A DNA stretch of 64,000 bases from an uncultured Actinomycetota bacterium (GCA_963750055.1 CAVVPI010000011.1:72503-136502); one strand, 5' to 3'. Shown: positions 37,693 through 49,226, counted from the stretch's first letter. Notes: generated from the sequence alone by a model not told the origin. Numbers and translations: made by a program.

Positions 37693-40079
37693 GTGGTGGA
37701 TCACGATTCCAGTGGGGTCTTCATACCGGGGCAGGGGCCGGTGTCGCCACTAGACATCGAACCGCTCTGGCCCCCGGACGAAATCGTCGCCGAGCCACAG
37801 GAAGGCAGCGGACCGGCGGCGAACTGGCCGCCGGCGGGTGACCCGGCGAAATCGGGGTCAGCATTGCCGCCGGATGGGTTCCCGGGTCCGATCCCGCCGA
37901 GCGGGCCGCCCGCATCGGGGGCACCGCCAGGGCGGGCCGTACGGGTCGTACGGGTCAGCTGGCCCACCCATGCCGCCGGCCGGGCCAGCGCCGGGTCAGT
38001 CCAGTCCCGCCACACCGCCGGGACGGCCTGGCGCCGGTGGGCTGACCGGCCCCTCGGCTATCGACCCGGGTGGTGATCCGCCCACTCGTGCCTGGCCGAT
38101 GCTCGGCGGTTCACGCGGGTTCGCCGGGCCGGATGGACGTCCCGGTGCCGCACCGGGCCCGATCGGCATCCCCCGGCCGGACCGGGCGGGCCAACCGTCC
38201 CCTGCGGATCGGCCGCCACCAGCCAGCCAACCCCCAGCGGTAGGCCAACCCCCAGCGGCCAGCCAAGCCCCAGCGGTGGGCCGGGCCACCGCCGCTGTCC
38301 GGCCCGAGTCCGCCATCCGGCCGAGCCGCGCCCGGTCCGGCCCGAAGCCGCGCCCGCAGGCCAACCCGAACCCGCAGCCGCCGCCCGTCCGGAACCCGCG
38401 GTCGCGCCGGCGAGCTTGGACGCACCCTTCCTGGATGGTCCATTGGTCACCGGCTCCGCCGGCACCTCAGGTCCGGCGGGCCCCGATGTCCGGGCGGCAA
38501 GCGATCATCCAACCGCCCACCCGACGAGCGGCAGAGCCGCCGGACCCGACCGCCGGTCAGCCGCCAAACCCAGCGGCGGGCAACGGTCCCGCAGCCCGGA
38601 CACCGACCGCCGAGGGTCCCTGGTCGCAACCGCCGCAGCGGGTGGCCGGCAACGAGCCGCCCCCGGCGGCGCCCAGCGGATACCCGGCGGCGGCACCGCA
38701 CCAGCCCTACCCGGGGGCCACGCATCCGGCACAACCAACAGCACCCCCAATGAACCCGGCGCACCCGGCACACCCAGCGGCGCACGGGCAGCCGGGCCAA
38801 CCCCCGGCGCAACCGGCGCCCGGCTACCCGCCCGCCGGGCCGACCGCAGCCACCGCCGGTGCCACACAGCCGAGGCCGGGACCACCGCACCGTGGCCGGG
38901 GACACCGCCGGAACACCGCCGGGGCGGGTTCGCCCGGCGTACCGGGTCGGCACCCGGCCGGGTATCCCGGCCCGGCGGCCCCGGTCAGCGGCGCCCATCC
39001 GGGGGCCGGGGCACCGCACCGGCCCGAGGTGCAGCCCGGCGTCGCGGCGGTGCCGCAGCAGCCGTACCCGGAAGCGGCCGGCGTGGTCCGGGTGCCGGCA
39101 CCACCGCCGCACGCCTACACGGACCCGGCCCTGATCCCGGACACGGCCACCCCGACCGCCGAGGATTTCGCCCGGCGGCGCGCGGGTCGGCCGGCCGACC
39201 CGGTGGCCACAATGGGGGTACGGGCGGCGGTCAACAAGACCACGTTGGGCCTGGTCCGGCTCGCCCCGAGCCGGCACGAGCAGGAGATCCGGCAGGACAT
39301 CGAGATGGTCCGCCGCAACTTCGGTGGGCTACGCCAGGTGACGGTGGTCAATCCCAAGGGCGGCGCCGGCAAGACGGTGGCGATCCTGCTGCTCGCCATG
39401 ACCTTCGGGCAGAAACGCGGCGGGTACGTGCTGGCCTGGGACAACAACGAGACCCAGGGCACCTTGGGGATGCGGGCCCAGCAGGACTTCCACTCCCGTA
39501 CGGTGCGGGACATGCTGCGCGACCTGGGCCAGTTCCAGGGCCCGCACGGACGGGTCGGCGACCTGTCCCAGTACGTCCGCTCGCAGGGCGAGGGGATGTT
39601 CGACGTACTCGCCTCGGATGAGTCGGCCACCGGCGGCGAGATGCTCACCGCGGCCGCGTTCGCGGAGATCCGCGAGGTGGTCAGCCGCTTCTACAAGCTG
39701 ATCTTCGTGGACACCGGGAACAACGTCCGGGCGCAGAACTGGCAGGCCGCGATCGACGCGACCGACCAGCTGCTGGTGACCATGTCCGCCCGGAACGACT
39801 CGGCCGAGACCGCCGCCCGGATGCTCGACCATCTGGAGCAGAGCGGCCGGCACCGGCTGGTCCGACAGGCGGTCACCGTGGTCTCGATGCCCCCGTCCCG
39901 CAAGGAGATCGACCTGCCGGCGATCCAGCAGCACTTCGCCGCCCGGACCAGGGCGGTGCTGCTCGCCCCGTACGAGCGGTTGATCGACACCGGCGAGCCG
40001 CTCCGGTACGGCGCAGCTCTCCGCCGCCACCCGCGACGCCTGGTTGAAGATCGCCGCTGCGGTGGCGGAGGGGCTGTAA
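37693..40079 (+). CDS. Pro/Gln-rich protein with C-terminal MinD/ParA-type deviant Walker-A ATPase domain (Ssd/CpaE-like)
   Basis: A ~450 aa low-complexity Pro-rich N-terminal region with tandem 'PPA(S/V)QPPAVGQ' repeats. ATPase domain 'VTVVNPKGGAGKTVAILLLAMTF...LAWDNNETQGTLG...KLIFVDTGNNV'. Frame change at ~37840 and again at ~40015. The true C-terminus reads '...QLSAATRDAWLKIAAAVAEGL*' with its stop at ~40079, not the 40423 read-through. Confidence 0.55.
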
Positions 40080-40209
40080 CCGACGACTCGTCCTGGCCCG
40101 CCCGGCGTCCTGGCCGGGGCGGACCAGGAGGCACGGGCGGAACAGCCGCGCGGGTGGGACCGGGCGGGTGGAACAGGGTCGGGGGCGGAGGTGGTTCGCG
40201 CCGCTGCGG

Positions 40210-40639
40210 TCAGGTGCCGGAGAGCGCGTCGCCGGCCGCCGGGTCGCAGTCGCGGAGGAACTGGGCACACCGGGCCGCCTCGTCCGACTCGCCGATCTCA
40301 CCGGCGGCTCGGGAGAGCAGGTGCAGGCAACGCAGGAAGCCACGGTTGGGGCCGTGCGCCCAGGGCACCGGCCCGTGCCCCTTCCAGCCGCTGCGCCGCA
40401 GCTGGTCCAGACCCCGGTGGTAGCCGGTCCGCGCATAGGCGTAGGCGGTGACGACCTGACCCGAGGCGAGTGCCCGCGAGCCCAGCTCTGCCCAGGCCGC
40501 ACTGGCGGTCGGGAATCGGGCGGCGACGGCGGCGTACGCCGCATCGGTGTCCACCTGCCGAGCTTCGGCGAGCGCGGTGGCGGCGTCTTCGTCCCCGGGT
40601 AGGAGCGTGGCCGGCGGTTCGGGCAACAGGTTCTGCATC
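40210..40639 (-). CDS. conserved hypothetical protein (small, cytoplasmic)
   Basis: 'MQNLLPEPPATLLPGDEDAATALAEARQVDTDAAYAAVAARFPTASAAWAELGSRALASGQVVTAYAYARTGYHRGLDQLRRSGWKGHGPVPWAHGPNRGFLRCLHLLSRAAGEIGESDEAARCAQFLRDCDPAAG'. Protein-like and intact. The family (DUF3151-like) is only a guess. Confidence 0.4.
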
Positions 40640-40960
40640 TGACCATTGAACCCGCCCGCTCCTGGGCCTGGCGACCGGGGCGCCCCGCAACATGGCTGAA
40701 CGGCTGAGGGTTTCGTCACTCGAGCGGCCGGTGCGGTGCGGCCGGCACTCGACTACAAATGAAGATCCGGAACCTCCCCAGGATTCGGCAGAAGAAGCCC
40801 GGTGACCCTGGTCACCGGGCTTCTTCGCGGACCTTCCCGGTGCTGCCGGCAACCGCGACGCGATCCGGATGGGTCCACGTCGCCCCAGCACGGGGGCACG
40901 ATTGCAGCACGGGGGCCCGACGGCAGCACGGGGGCCCGACGGCGGCCCGCACCGGGCAAG

Positions 40961-42214
40961 ATGTCGCAGGTGCCTACCCCACCCCCCGGCGACGTCATCG
41001 ATCCGTACGACAGCAGTCCGGATGAGATCGAGTCGCGTACCGAATTCGACCTGCGCCTTCAGGCCGGCAGTCTGGCCGGGCTGACCGTACAGGGCCTGCG
41101 GTTGGACCTCGATCCGGTCCCGGACCTGGCCGCCATCGACCTGACCGACACCCTCTTCATCGGGTGCCGGTTCGCCTCCGCTGAGATCGAGGCGGAACTG
41201 GTCCGACGCGGCGCGCACCTGGTGCCCCCCTTCAACGACCTGCCGTACCCGACCCAGCCAGCCCGGCTCTACACCCCGGCCGACCTGGCCGCCGGGTTCG
41301 CACCGGCGGCTTCGCCGGGATGTACGACGCACTGGTCTACGCGCACTACCGGAGCAACGGTGGGGCGCTGCCCGAGGTCCGGGAGGCGCTCGCCCAGCGG
41401 CTGCACGACCACGGCATCGACAACGCGCTCGCCGACGTCACCCGGACCTGGCTGGCCCGGTACGGCGCGGGGTCGGTGGTCGGGGTGATGGGCGGTCACG
41501 CGGTGCCCCGGGGCAGTTCCGCCTACCGGCAGGCCGCGACGCTGGGCTGGGAGTTGGCCCGAGCCGGCCGGCTGGTGGTGACCGGTGGCGGGCCGGGTGT
41601 GATGGAGGCGGCCAACCTGGGTGCCTACCTCGCCGAGTACCCGGCCGGGGAGTTGACCGAGGCGATCGAGACGCTCGCCACCGCGCCCGATTTCACCGAC
41701 CACGATCGGTACACGGCGGCGGCGTTGCGGGTCCGGGCCCGGTTCGAGCCGGTGCCGGCCCAGAAGCCGAGGGTGCCCGCGCCCCGGTCGAAGACCCGCG
41801 CCACCGGGGTCGATCCGCTCGGCTGGGCGCGGCGTGGCGGCCTGGCCATCCCCACCTGGTTGTACGGCCACGAGCCGGCGAACCTGTTCGCCGGGCAGAT
41901 CGCGAAGTACTTCTCCAACGCGATCCGGGAGGACACCATCCTGCGGCTGGCCCGGGGCGGGATCGTCTTCGCCGCTGGCCGGGCCGGGACGGTGCAGGAG
42001 GTGTTCCAGGCCGCGACCAAGACGTTCTACGGTTCGGACGGGGCCGAGTGGTCCGTACGTCTTTCTGGATCGCCGGTTCTGGACCCGTACCCTGCCGGTC
42101 GAGTCGCTGTTGCGGCCGCTGCTGGCCTCGTCCCCGGCCGGTGACCTGACCGGTCTGGTGCACCTCACCGACGATGTGGCCGAAGCGGTACGGCTGCTTA
42201 CCGCTCGCGGGTAG
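40961..42214 (+). CDS. LOG-family (PpnN/YgdH-like) nucleotide 5'-monophosphate nucleosidase; 2 apparent frameshifts
   Basis: '...GVMGGHAVPRGSSAYRQAATLGWELARAGRLVVTGGGPGVMEAANLGAY' carries the LOG motif. The N-terminal extension and C-terminal segment ('PYVFLDRRFWTRTLPVESLLRPLL...') lie in other frames. The long form resembles E. coli PpnN rather than the short LOG. Confidence 0.65.
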
Positions 42215-42235
42215 TCCGCCGATCAAGGACTTTTC

Positions 42236-42300
42236 CCGCGATCAAGGAGAAACCGTCGTGGTTTGGAGATCCAACCACGACGGTTTGTCCTTGATCGACG
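42236..42300. terminator. bidirectional intrinsic-terminator-like hairpin between convergent LOG and fba genes
   Basis: 'gatcaaggagaaaccgtcgtggtt-tggagatcc-aaccacgacggtttgtccttgatc' forms a 24-bp stem (1 mismatch) with a 9-nt loop. 'gatcaagga' also occurs once more just upstream. Confidence 0.6.
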
Positions 42301-42355
42301 GGGAGGGCGGGGCCGGCGCACCACCGGGTCGGGGCGCGCCGGCGATGTCGCGCGG

Positions 42356-43381
<1,026 letters not shown>

Positions 43382-43479
43382 ATCGAACGCTCCTTACTGA
43401 ACCGCTCTCGGCCAGGGTGGCCGCTGTCTCTCATGGCTGCGCCGGGACCGCGTTGTCTCCGCGGGCAGTATCCCGCAGT

Positions 43480-43892
43480 CGGTCCGCGCGGCCACAACCC
43501 ACCCGGTCCGGGCTCAGCGTTCGACCCGGTCCGGGACACGATGCTGATCAGCCAGCTCACCACCGCCACCACGATGGCGCCCCAGAAGGCCGACCAGAAG
43601 CCGTGGATGTGGAACGGCAGGTCGAACAGCCCGGCGATCCAGTCGGTGAGCAGGAAGAGCAGCGCGTTGACGACCAACGCGAAGAGTCCCAGCGTCAGGA
43701 TGTAGAACACGCAGCCGACCACCTTGATGATCGGCTTAGCACCGCGTTGACGACACCGAAGATCAACGCCACGACCAGCAGCGTGAGCGCGTTCGCTCCG
43801 GCAGACCGGCCGGTGACCTGGATGCCGGACACCACCAGGGTGGCGATCCAGAGCGCGATGGCGTTGACCACGAGCCTGATCAGGAATCCCAC
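43480..43892 (-). CDS. small integral membrane protein (phage-holin-4 / YvlD-like superfamily); apparent frameshift
   Basis: 'MGFLIRLVVNAIALWIATLVVSGIQVTG...' then, in another frame, '...KVVGCVFYILTLGLFALVVNALLFLLTDWIAGLFDLPFHIHGFWSAFWGAIVVAVVSWLISIV'. This is a 4-TM pattern typical of that family. Confidence 0.35.
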
Positions 43893-44035
43893 GGACCCAT
43901 CCTGGCATCGGCCATCAACTCGCGGGGGGCGGTTCGGCTGACTGGTGATCGACGCCGGAAGCCGGCCGGAGACCGGGCGCCGGGCAGGATCAACACGTAC
44001 GGTGAGGGGAACAGTGTCGACCGGCAGGAGGCGAG

Positions 44036-44248
44036 ATGGCCCAGCCCGACGAGGACTTCGCCCCCAGCGATCACCTCGAACCGGACGAACGTGACCCGGA
44101 GGCGTCGTTCGAGGACGCCATCGAGCAGGCGATCGTGGCCGATCCGAACCGGGACGAGCCGGAGCCGCACCGGGGCCTGGAGGTCGCCGAGTGGGACGCC
44201 CTGGAGCAGGCCCGGATCATCGGCCCGGACGACGACTACGACCAGTAG
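44036..44248 (+). CDS. small acidic hypothetical protein
   Basis: 70 aa, Asp/Glu-rich ('MAQPDEDFAPSDHLEPDERDPEASFEDAIEQAIVADPNRDEPEPHRGLEVAEWDALEQARIIGPDDDYDQ'), intact. No family call. Confidence 0.3.
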   Translation: MAQPDEDFAPSDHLEPDERDPEASFEDAIEQAIVADPNRDEPEPHRGLEVAEWDALEQARIIGPDDDYDQ

Positions 44249-44262
44249 CGCCGGGCGCGGTC

Positions 44263-45741
44263 CTAAGCGACGAGGGTGGGTAGGTCGACCAGGACCACAT
44301 CCGTACGGCGTTTTGCCATCGCGACCAACTCGCGGGTGAAGCCGTGTAGCGAGAAGACGCCCAGCCGGACGGCGGAGACGTCATGGTCCTGCTGGCGCAG
44401 AATTTCCTTGATCATGTCCAGTCGGTCCAGGTCGGCTGGTCCTCTCGCGGTGATGGTGGCCTTGGCCTCGCCCAGGAAGGTGATGGTCGCCCGGCCCGAG
44501 TTGCGATGCAGTCCGACCACATCGACCTCATGCCGGGCCCGCCCCGCCCGGTCGTTGACCACGGTTGACGCGACCAGGTTGGTCAACTCATCGGTGACCT
44601 CGGCCAGATGCCACCGCAGCCAGTCGCGGGCGCACTGTTCGAAATGGGGACCGAGGATTCGGGAAGCGAAGGTCGGCTGGGCGGCCTGCCAGGCGTGGGC
44701 GGATCTGCCGGTTTCCACCAGGTCGTGCTGTGCCAGGGTGATCAGGTTGTGGAACCGGACGATCGGATCCGCGACCGTGATGATCGGCCGACGCTCCCAG
44801 AGCGGGTCTGACTCGTACCGCAGGTAGCCGGCACTGGTGAGGGCGTCGATGGGCCGGGTCAGGGCGGTACGGTCCCGTTGCAGCAGCCCACCGATTTTCG
44901 CTGGGCTGGTGGCACCGGCGGCGACCGCGCCGAGGATCGAGTAGTGCAGGGTGCTGCCGGTGAACTGCGGATCCTCCCGGAGCAGGTACTCGGTCTCGCT
45001 GCGGGAGAAAAGTGCCTGGCGCGGGTCGAGCACGGTGCCGGCCACCCAGCTGTCGAACTCGGCCAGGTTCTGTGGAGCGGGAATCGCGGCAAGGTCGCGG
45101 TAGCCGGGGGGCCCGCCAAGGACGGCGTGTAGCCGCAGCGTGGTCGCCGGGTTTTCGATGCCCCAGTGCCGGGCCGTCGTGGCCAGGTCGAAAGGGAGCA
45201 GCCGTACGTCGATTACCGCCCGTCCACGGAGCGCCTTGGTCCCGGAGAGCAGGGTTGTCATGATGGAGATCGCTGAACCGCAGAGGATCAGCCGTCCCCC
45301 GGCCGGACCGTCCCCCGCCCGGGAGCGGTCGTAGAGGAGCTGAAGCAGGCCGGGAATTTCCGGGGAGTGTGCCATCCAGTAGGGCAGCTCGTCGATCACC
45401 AGCAGGCCAGCCGGACCGGCCCGTCGGTTTAGCAACTCGATCGCGGTTTCGAGCAGGGTCTCCCAGCTCGCGTCCCGGTTGACCAGGTCAACCCCGACTC
45501 CGGCGTACCTGGCGATGGCGGTCGCGAAGCGGGCGCGGGCGGCGGGGGCCGCCTCCTCTGCCACGGCGGAGACGTAAAGGCCGTCGGCGGCATTCGCAAG
45601 CGTACGGAGGAGGTAGCTCTTGCCCACCCGGCGCCGTCCGGAGACGACGCCGATCCGCAGGTGGGGGTCTGGGTGCTGGAGGAAGCTCGTGAGAGTTGAC
45701 CACTCGGCTTCCCGGGCTAGCAGACGTGCTGGCTTCTCCAC
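44263..45741 (-). CDS. ATP-binding protein (archaeal-type ATPase domain + DUF234)
   Basis: 492 aa, intact. Walker A 'GVVSGRRRVGKSYLLRTL'. 'LLVIDELPYW' acts as Walker B. The C-terminal ~150 aa (DUF234-like) are assigned by pattern. GTG start. Confidence 0.7.
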   Translation of the reverse strand: MEKPARLLAREAEWSTLTSFLQHPDPHLRIGVVSGRRRVGKSYLLRTLANAADGLYVSAVAEEAAPAARARFATAIARYAGVGVDLVNRDASWETLLETAIELLNRRAGPAGLLVIDELPYWMAHSPEIPGLLQLLYDRSRAGDGPAGGRLILCGSAISIMTTLLSGTKALRGRAVIDVRLLPFDLATTARHWGIENPATTLRLHAVLGGPPGYRDLAAIPAPQNLAEFDSWVAGTVLDPRQALFSRSETEYLLREDPQFTGSTLHYSILGAVAAGATSPAKIGGLLQRDRTALTRPIDALTSAGYLRYESDPLWERRPIITVADPIVRFHNLITLAQHDLVETGRSAHAWQAAQPTFASRILGPHFEQCARDWLRWHLAEVTDELTNLVASTVVNDRAGRARHEVDVVGLHRNSGRATITFLGEAKATITARGPADLDRLDMIKEILRQQDHDVSAVRLGVFSLHGFTRELVAMAKRRTDVVLVDLPTLVA

Positions 45742-45743
45742 GA

Positions 45744-45783
45744 TGCCCCCTAGTTTGTATGCTTAGAAGCATACAAACTAGGG
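45744..45783. repeat. perfect 19-bp-arm inverted repeat with 2-nt loop, immediately upstream of the 44263-45741 gene start
   Basis: ccccctagtttgtatgctt-ag-aagcatacaaactaggggg. It has an AT-rich core unusual for this genome and lies 3 nt from the GTG start. Candidate operator or terminator. Confidence 0.85.
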
Positions 45784-45828
45784 GGCATCTGTCCACCGGA
45801 TCCGCAGGTCAGTCGGCGTTTTGCCAGT

Positions 45829-45880
45829 AATTGCCATGATCGTGAAGGGTCCGGCCGGTTATAGCCGGCCGGACCCTTCA
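45829..45880. repeat. perfect 23-bp-arm inverted repeat with 6-nt loop
   Basis: atgatcgtgaagggtccggccgg-ttatag-ccggccggacccttcacgatcat. It lies 20 nt downstream of the stop of module-B large gene. Confidence 0.85.
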
Positions 45881-45898
45881 CGATCATTGAGGGGTGGG

Positions 45899-47998
45899 GA
45901 TTTCCGGTCAGTCGCTGATGGAGATCCGGCAGCAGTGGCGGTCGAGCCGGGCGGTGACGGGTTGGCCGGGGTGTTGGGCGGCGACCCGGCGCAGCGTTTC
46001 GGCGGGATCGGCCCGGTCGGCGGGCCCGGTCCGGTGTGGCGGTGCCGGTCCGGTGGGCGGGGCTGTCGTGGTGGGTTGGTGGGGGTTGGTGTGGGGTGGG
46101 GATGGGCTGCTGGGGGTTGTCGGGGATCAGCAGGTGTAGGGCGTTGCCGAGGTAGCGCAGGCAGTAGGCGATGGCTTCGGGGAGGCTGGCGTGCAGGGGC
46201 CGTTCGGGTGGGGCGGGTGGGGTGTTGGGGTGGAGGAGTTCGACGTGCCAGCTCTGGCCCTGGATCAGGCGCGGGTCGCCGAGGTTGTCGCGGTGGTCGG
46301 TGACGGTGATCTGGACGGTGAAGCCGAGGCCGTGGGCGATGCGGGTCAACTGGTCGAGGGTGGGGGCGTCCCAGGGTGTGGCGGCGATGATGAGTCGGCC
46401 GGCGGGTCGGCCCCGGCTGGCGTTGGCGAGGTAGCTGGGATACGGGTCGGCGCCGTAGTGGTGCGGGGTGACGATGCCGTCGAACAGGTCCTGGCTGATG
46501 GTGTGGCCGGTGTCCGGGTCGGTGAGGTCTTCGGGACGTACGCCGAAGACGGTGGCCCAGCCGCGGAGTCGGTAGCGGCCGGCGAACCGGAGGACGGGTT
46601 GGCCGGCGGAGTCGGTGGCGACCAGGGTGGGCGGTTCGGGTTGCTCGTCGGGGCGCCAGTTGAGGTGTACGGTCCGGCCGGCCAGGTTGGTGATGGTGAG
46701 GACGGTGCCGTGGCGGTGGTATCGGCTGCCGGCGCAGGAGTGGCACGGTAGGTGCCAGTCGCGGGTTCCGGTGCCGGCAGCAGTCGGGGCAGCGGATCTG
46801 TGGGATCCGTTCGGCCTGCCAGGTCGGGTGCCGGTGGTTCCCAGTTGCGTAGGTATCCGGTGGTGCGGCGGCGGATGACCTGGCCGGTGCCGAGGGTGGT
46901 GTGGGTGGTGGTGGTACCGCCGGGTCGCAGGCCGGTGTGTCGCCACCGTTGATCGCGCCAGATGGCGTGGGCGGCGGACGATTCGGCCAGGTCGCGCAGG
47001 ATCCGGCGTTCGAGTTGGTCGACGTCGACCGGTTCCCGGAGTATCCCGCCGGGGTGGGGTGGGGCGGGGTTGACGAAATGAGCGGGGGCGGTCAGGGACC
47101 GTTGGGCCAGCCCGTCGAGGGCGTTGCGGGCGGTGGTGCGCTCCACGGCGGTACGCAGGTCGGGGTGCCGGCCGACGGGGTGGCCGGGCACATCGGCGCC
47201 GGGGGTTTCGTAGCGGATGTCCCACACCAGGGTGCCGAACCGGTCGGCCCGGCGGGCTTCGACGACCAGGTCGAGGCAGAGTTGTTCGGCGAGCAGGCAG
47301 AGCCGGTCGAGGAGCCGATCGTGGTCGGGCGGCTCGGGTGCGGTGCCGGTGCCGAGGTAGACCAGCCAGGGGGCGTAGGAGCGGGTGGCCAGCGCGAGGG
47401 CTTCCAGTTGGCGCCGTTCGGCGGCGGCCAGGTCGGGGTGCCAGCGCGTACGGCAGGTAGAGGCTCAGTTCGCCGTCGGGGTTGACCGGCTGGTCGGGCA
47501 GGTCCGGCTCGAGCAGGGTGGCCGGCGCGACGCCGGCCCGCTCGGCGAGCTCGTGCAGCAGTGGGGCGAGGGCGAGCCGCCACCCGCCGCCGGGCGCCGG
47601 GCCCGGTTCGATCACCCCGGGTACAACGTTGGCTGAGGCGACCGCCCCGGTGTCCAGGTTGGCGACGGTGAGCACCAGTTGGGCGCGGCGCAGGCCATGC
47701 TGTCGGCAGTCCCGGCAGGTCGGGCGGTCGTGCCGTCTCCCCGGCAGTTGTTCGCAGTCCGGCCAGGGCCGCCCGTCCGGTCCGGTCGGCCGTCGGGCCG
47801 GGTCGGTGATCAGGAAGGCGCTGTCGCCGTCGCGGCAGCGACACCGGTCGAGGGTGAAGGTGATCCCGTCACAGGTCGCGCAGACCACCGTGCCCGCAGC
47901 GGCAGGATCGGCACGCCCGCCGGGCGCCGGATCGGCCGGGTCGGTCGGGTCGGTCGGGTCGGTCGGGTCGGCCGGGTCGGCCGGGTCGGCCGGGCTCA
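45899..47998 (-). CDS. large Cys-rich conserved hypothetical protein, module copy B (paralog of 540-2677); >=3 frame changes
   Basis: N-terminal part in the 766 aa ORF frame ('...VVCATCDGITFTLDRCRCRDGDSAF...CRDCRQHGLRRAQLVLTVANLDTGAVASANVVPGVIEPG...'). The middle part is in the 46346-47227 frame ('...AIWRDQRWRHTGLRPGG...NWEPP'). It returns to the first frame ('...PCHSCAGSRYHRHGTVLTITNLAG...ITVTDHRDNLGDPRLIQGQSWHV...EAIAYCLRYLGN'). The last ~30 aa 'ETLRRVAAQHPGQPVTARLDRHCCRISISD*' lie in a third frame, with the stop at 45899-45901. ATGA overlap with the upstream DivIVA gene. Confidence 0.5.
47935..47990. repeat. tandem hexanucleotide repeat (GGTCGG/GCCGGG, x~9) encoding a (P-A/T-D)n tract at the N-terminus of module-B large protein
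   Basis: 'cgggtcggtcgggtcggtcgggtcggtcgggtcggccgggtcggccgggtcggccggg', translated on the minus strand as 'ADPADPTDPTDPTDPADPA'. Confidence 0.8.
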
Positions 47999-48475
47999 TC
48001 GGGCGATCCTCGGTGGACAGTCGCCGTCGTGCTCGGCCCGCAGTGTGCACCGCCGGCCGTTGGCCAGCAGCCGGTCACAGAAAACCCGATGATGTACGTC
48101 CTGGTCCCCCTCCTCGGTCACCGTGGTCTCGCCCGGACTCACATCGGTCAGGAAACTGACCGCCCGGCCCAGCGCGGCCGCCAACCGCCGCGCGGTGATC
48201 AAATCCTCAGCGGCCACCGTCACATGGACCAGATACCGACGTTTCGTCGAATCGGTCATGCCCGCACCCGAGGCGCGAACCGAGGACTGCCAATCCCGCA
48301 ACGCGTCCTTGATCCGAACGTTCTCCTCCCGGCTGGCCGCCAGCTCGGCCCGGGCGGCGGCCAACTCGTTGGCCACCCGATGCAGGTACAGCCGTACCTC
48401 GATCGGGTCCACCCCGCGCCGGACGTTGCGGAACTGCCGGTCCCGCACCTGCCCGGCGCTCAACGGAAACCGCAT
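47996..48475 (-). CDS. DivIVA-domain protein fused to the ~85 aa domain that is a separate ORF in module A (module copy B)
   Basis: 'MRFPLSAGQVRDRQFRNVRRGVDPIEVRLYLHRVANELAAARAELAASREENVRIKDALRDWQSS...' is the DivIVA domain. Then 'MTDSTKRRYLVHVTVAAEDLITARRLAAALGRAVSFLTDVSPGETTVTEEGDQDVHHRVFCDRLLANGRRCTLRAEHDGDC'. The same two domains as 41-286 plus 283-543, here in one frame. Confidence 0.55.
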   Translation of the reverse strand: MRFPLSAGQVRDRQFRNVRRGVDPIEVRLYLHRVANELAAARAELAASREENVRIKDALRDWQSSVRASGAGMTDSTKRRYLVHVTVAAEDLITARRLAAALGRAVSFLTDVSPGETTVTEEGDQDVHHRVFCDRLLANGRRCTLRAEHDGDCPPRIAR

Positions 48476-48998
48476 CGTGGACTGGTAGTAGCCGCCGGCA
48501 TTCGGCGGCCGACCGCGCCGGACCGGACCGGACGGCCCTTCAGGCCCGGCCGGTCGGCGGGCATTTCGACCATCGTGACCGGCGAGTCCAACGGGGTGAG
48601 CAACCTCGGCCGGGCGGGCCGGAAGCGTACGGGAATGAGGGATCGGAGAAATCGACGCACGGATGGGACCGCCTTCCGGACGAGGGCAGGAACGTAGGTG
48701 GCGGTCCGGCCCGTCCGCCACGCTGCGTACGGGCCGAACCACCCACTCCGCGACCGTGACCGGAGCAGCGACACGACCGCGGAGCCGCCTGATCAGGGCC
48801 GGGACGGTCCTTGTGCTGATTCAGACCGTCCCGACCGGGGAATGCGAGGCCCACCGGAGGTTGGAGACCGAGGAGCGCCCCGCAGGAGGAACTTAAGCGA
48901 ACTACTTCTCCGTAGTCAAGGAACTACTGCGCTGTACCGACATCTTGCCGACTGAAGTTCGGGCGTGATCTCATGCTCGGTGGAGACCGAGGAGTGCC

Positions 48999-49226
48999 AT
49001 GCCTGCTGTAACAAAGTGGGAGAAGCTTGCTGACCACATCCGGGGCCAGATCAGATCTGGCGAGCTACAACCCGGAGATAAACTGCCGTCGACTGCTCAA
49101 CTCAAGGCCGAGCACGGCGTGTCGGATGGCGTGATCCGCTACGCCATGCACGCGCTGCGGACCGAGGGTCTGGTCGAGAGCGCGCACGGCGTCGGCGTGT
49201 TCGTCGCCGAGCCCAGCCAGGGATGA
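48999..49226 (+). CDS. short GntR-family winged-HTH protein (DNA-binding domain only, 75 aa)
   Basis: 'MPAVTKWEKLADHIRGQIRSGELQPGDKLPSTAQLKAEHGVSDGVIRYAMHALRTEGLVESAHGVGVFVAEPSQG' is a canonical GntR HTH with no effector domain. GAGGAG Shine-Dalgarno 6 nt upstream. Divergent from DivIVA copy B and convergent with DivIVA copy 3. Confidence 0.55.
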   Translation: MPAVTKWEKLADHIRGQIRSGELQPGDKLPSTAQLKAEHGVSDGVIRYAMHALRTEGLVESAHGVGVFVAEPSQG

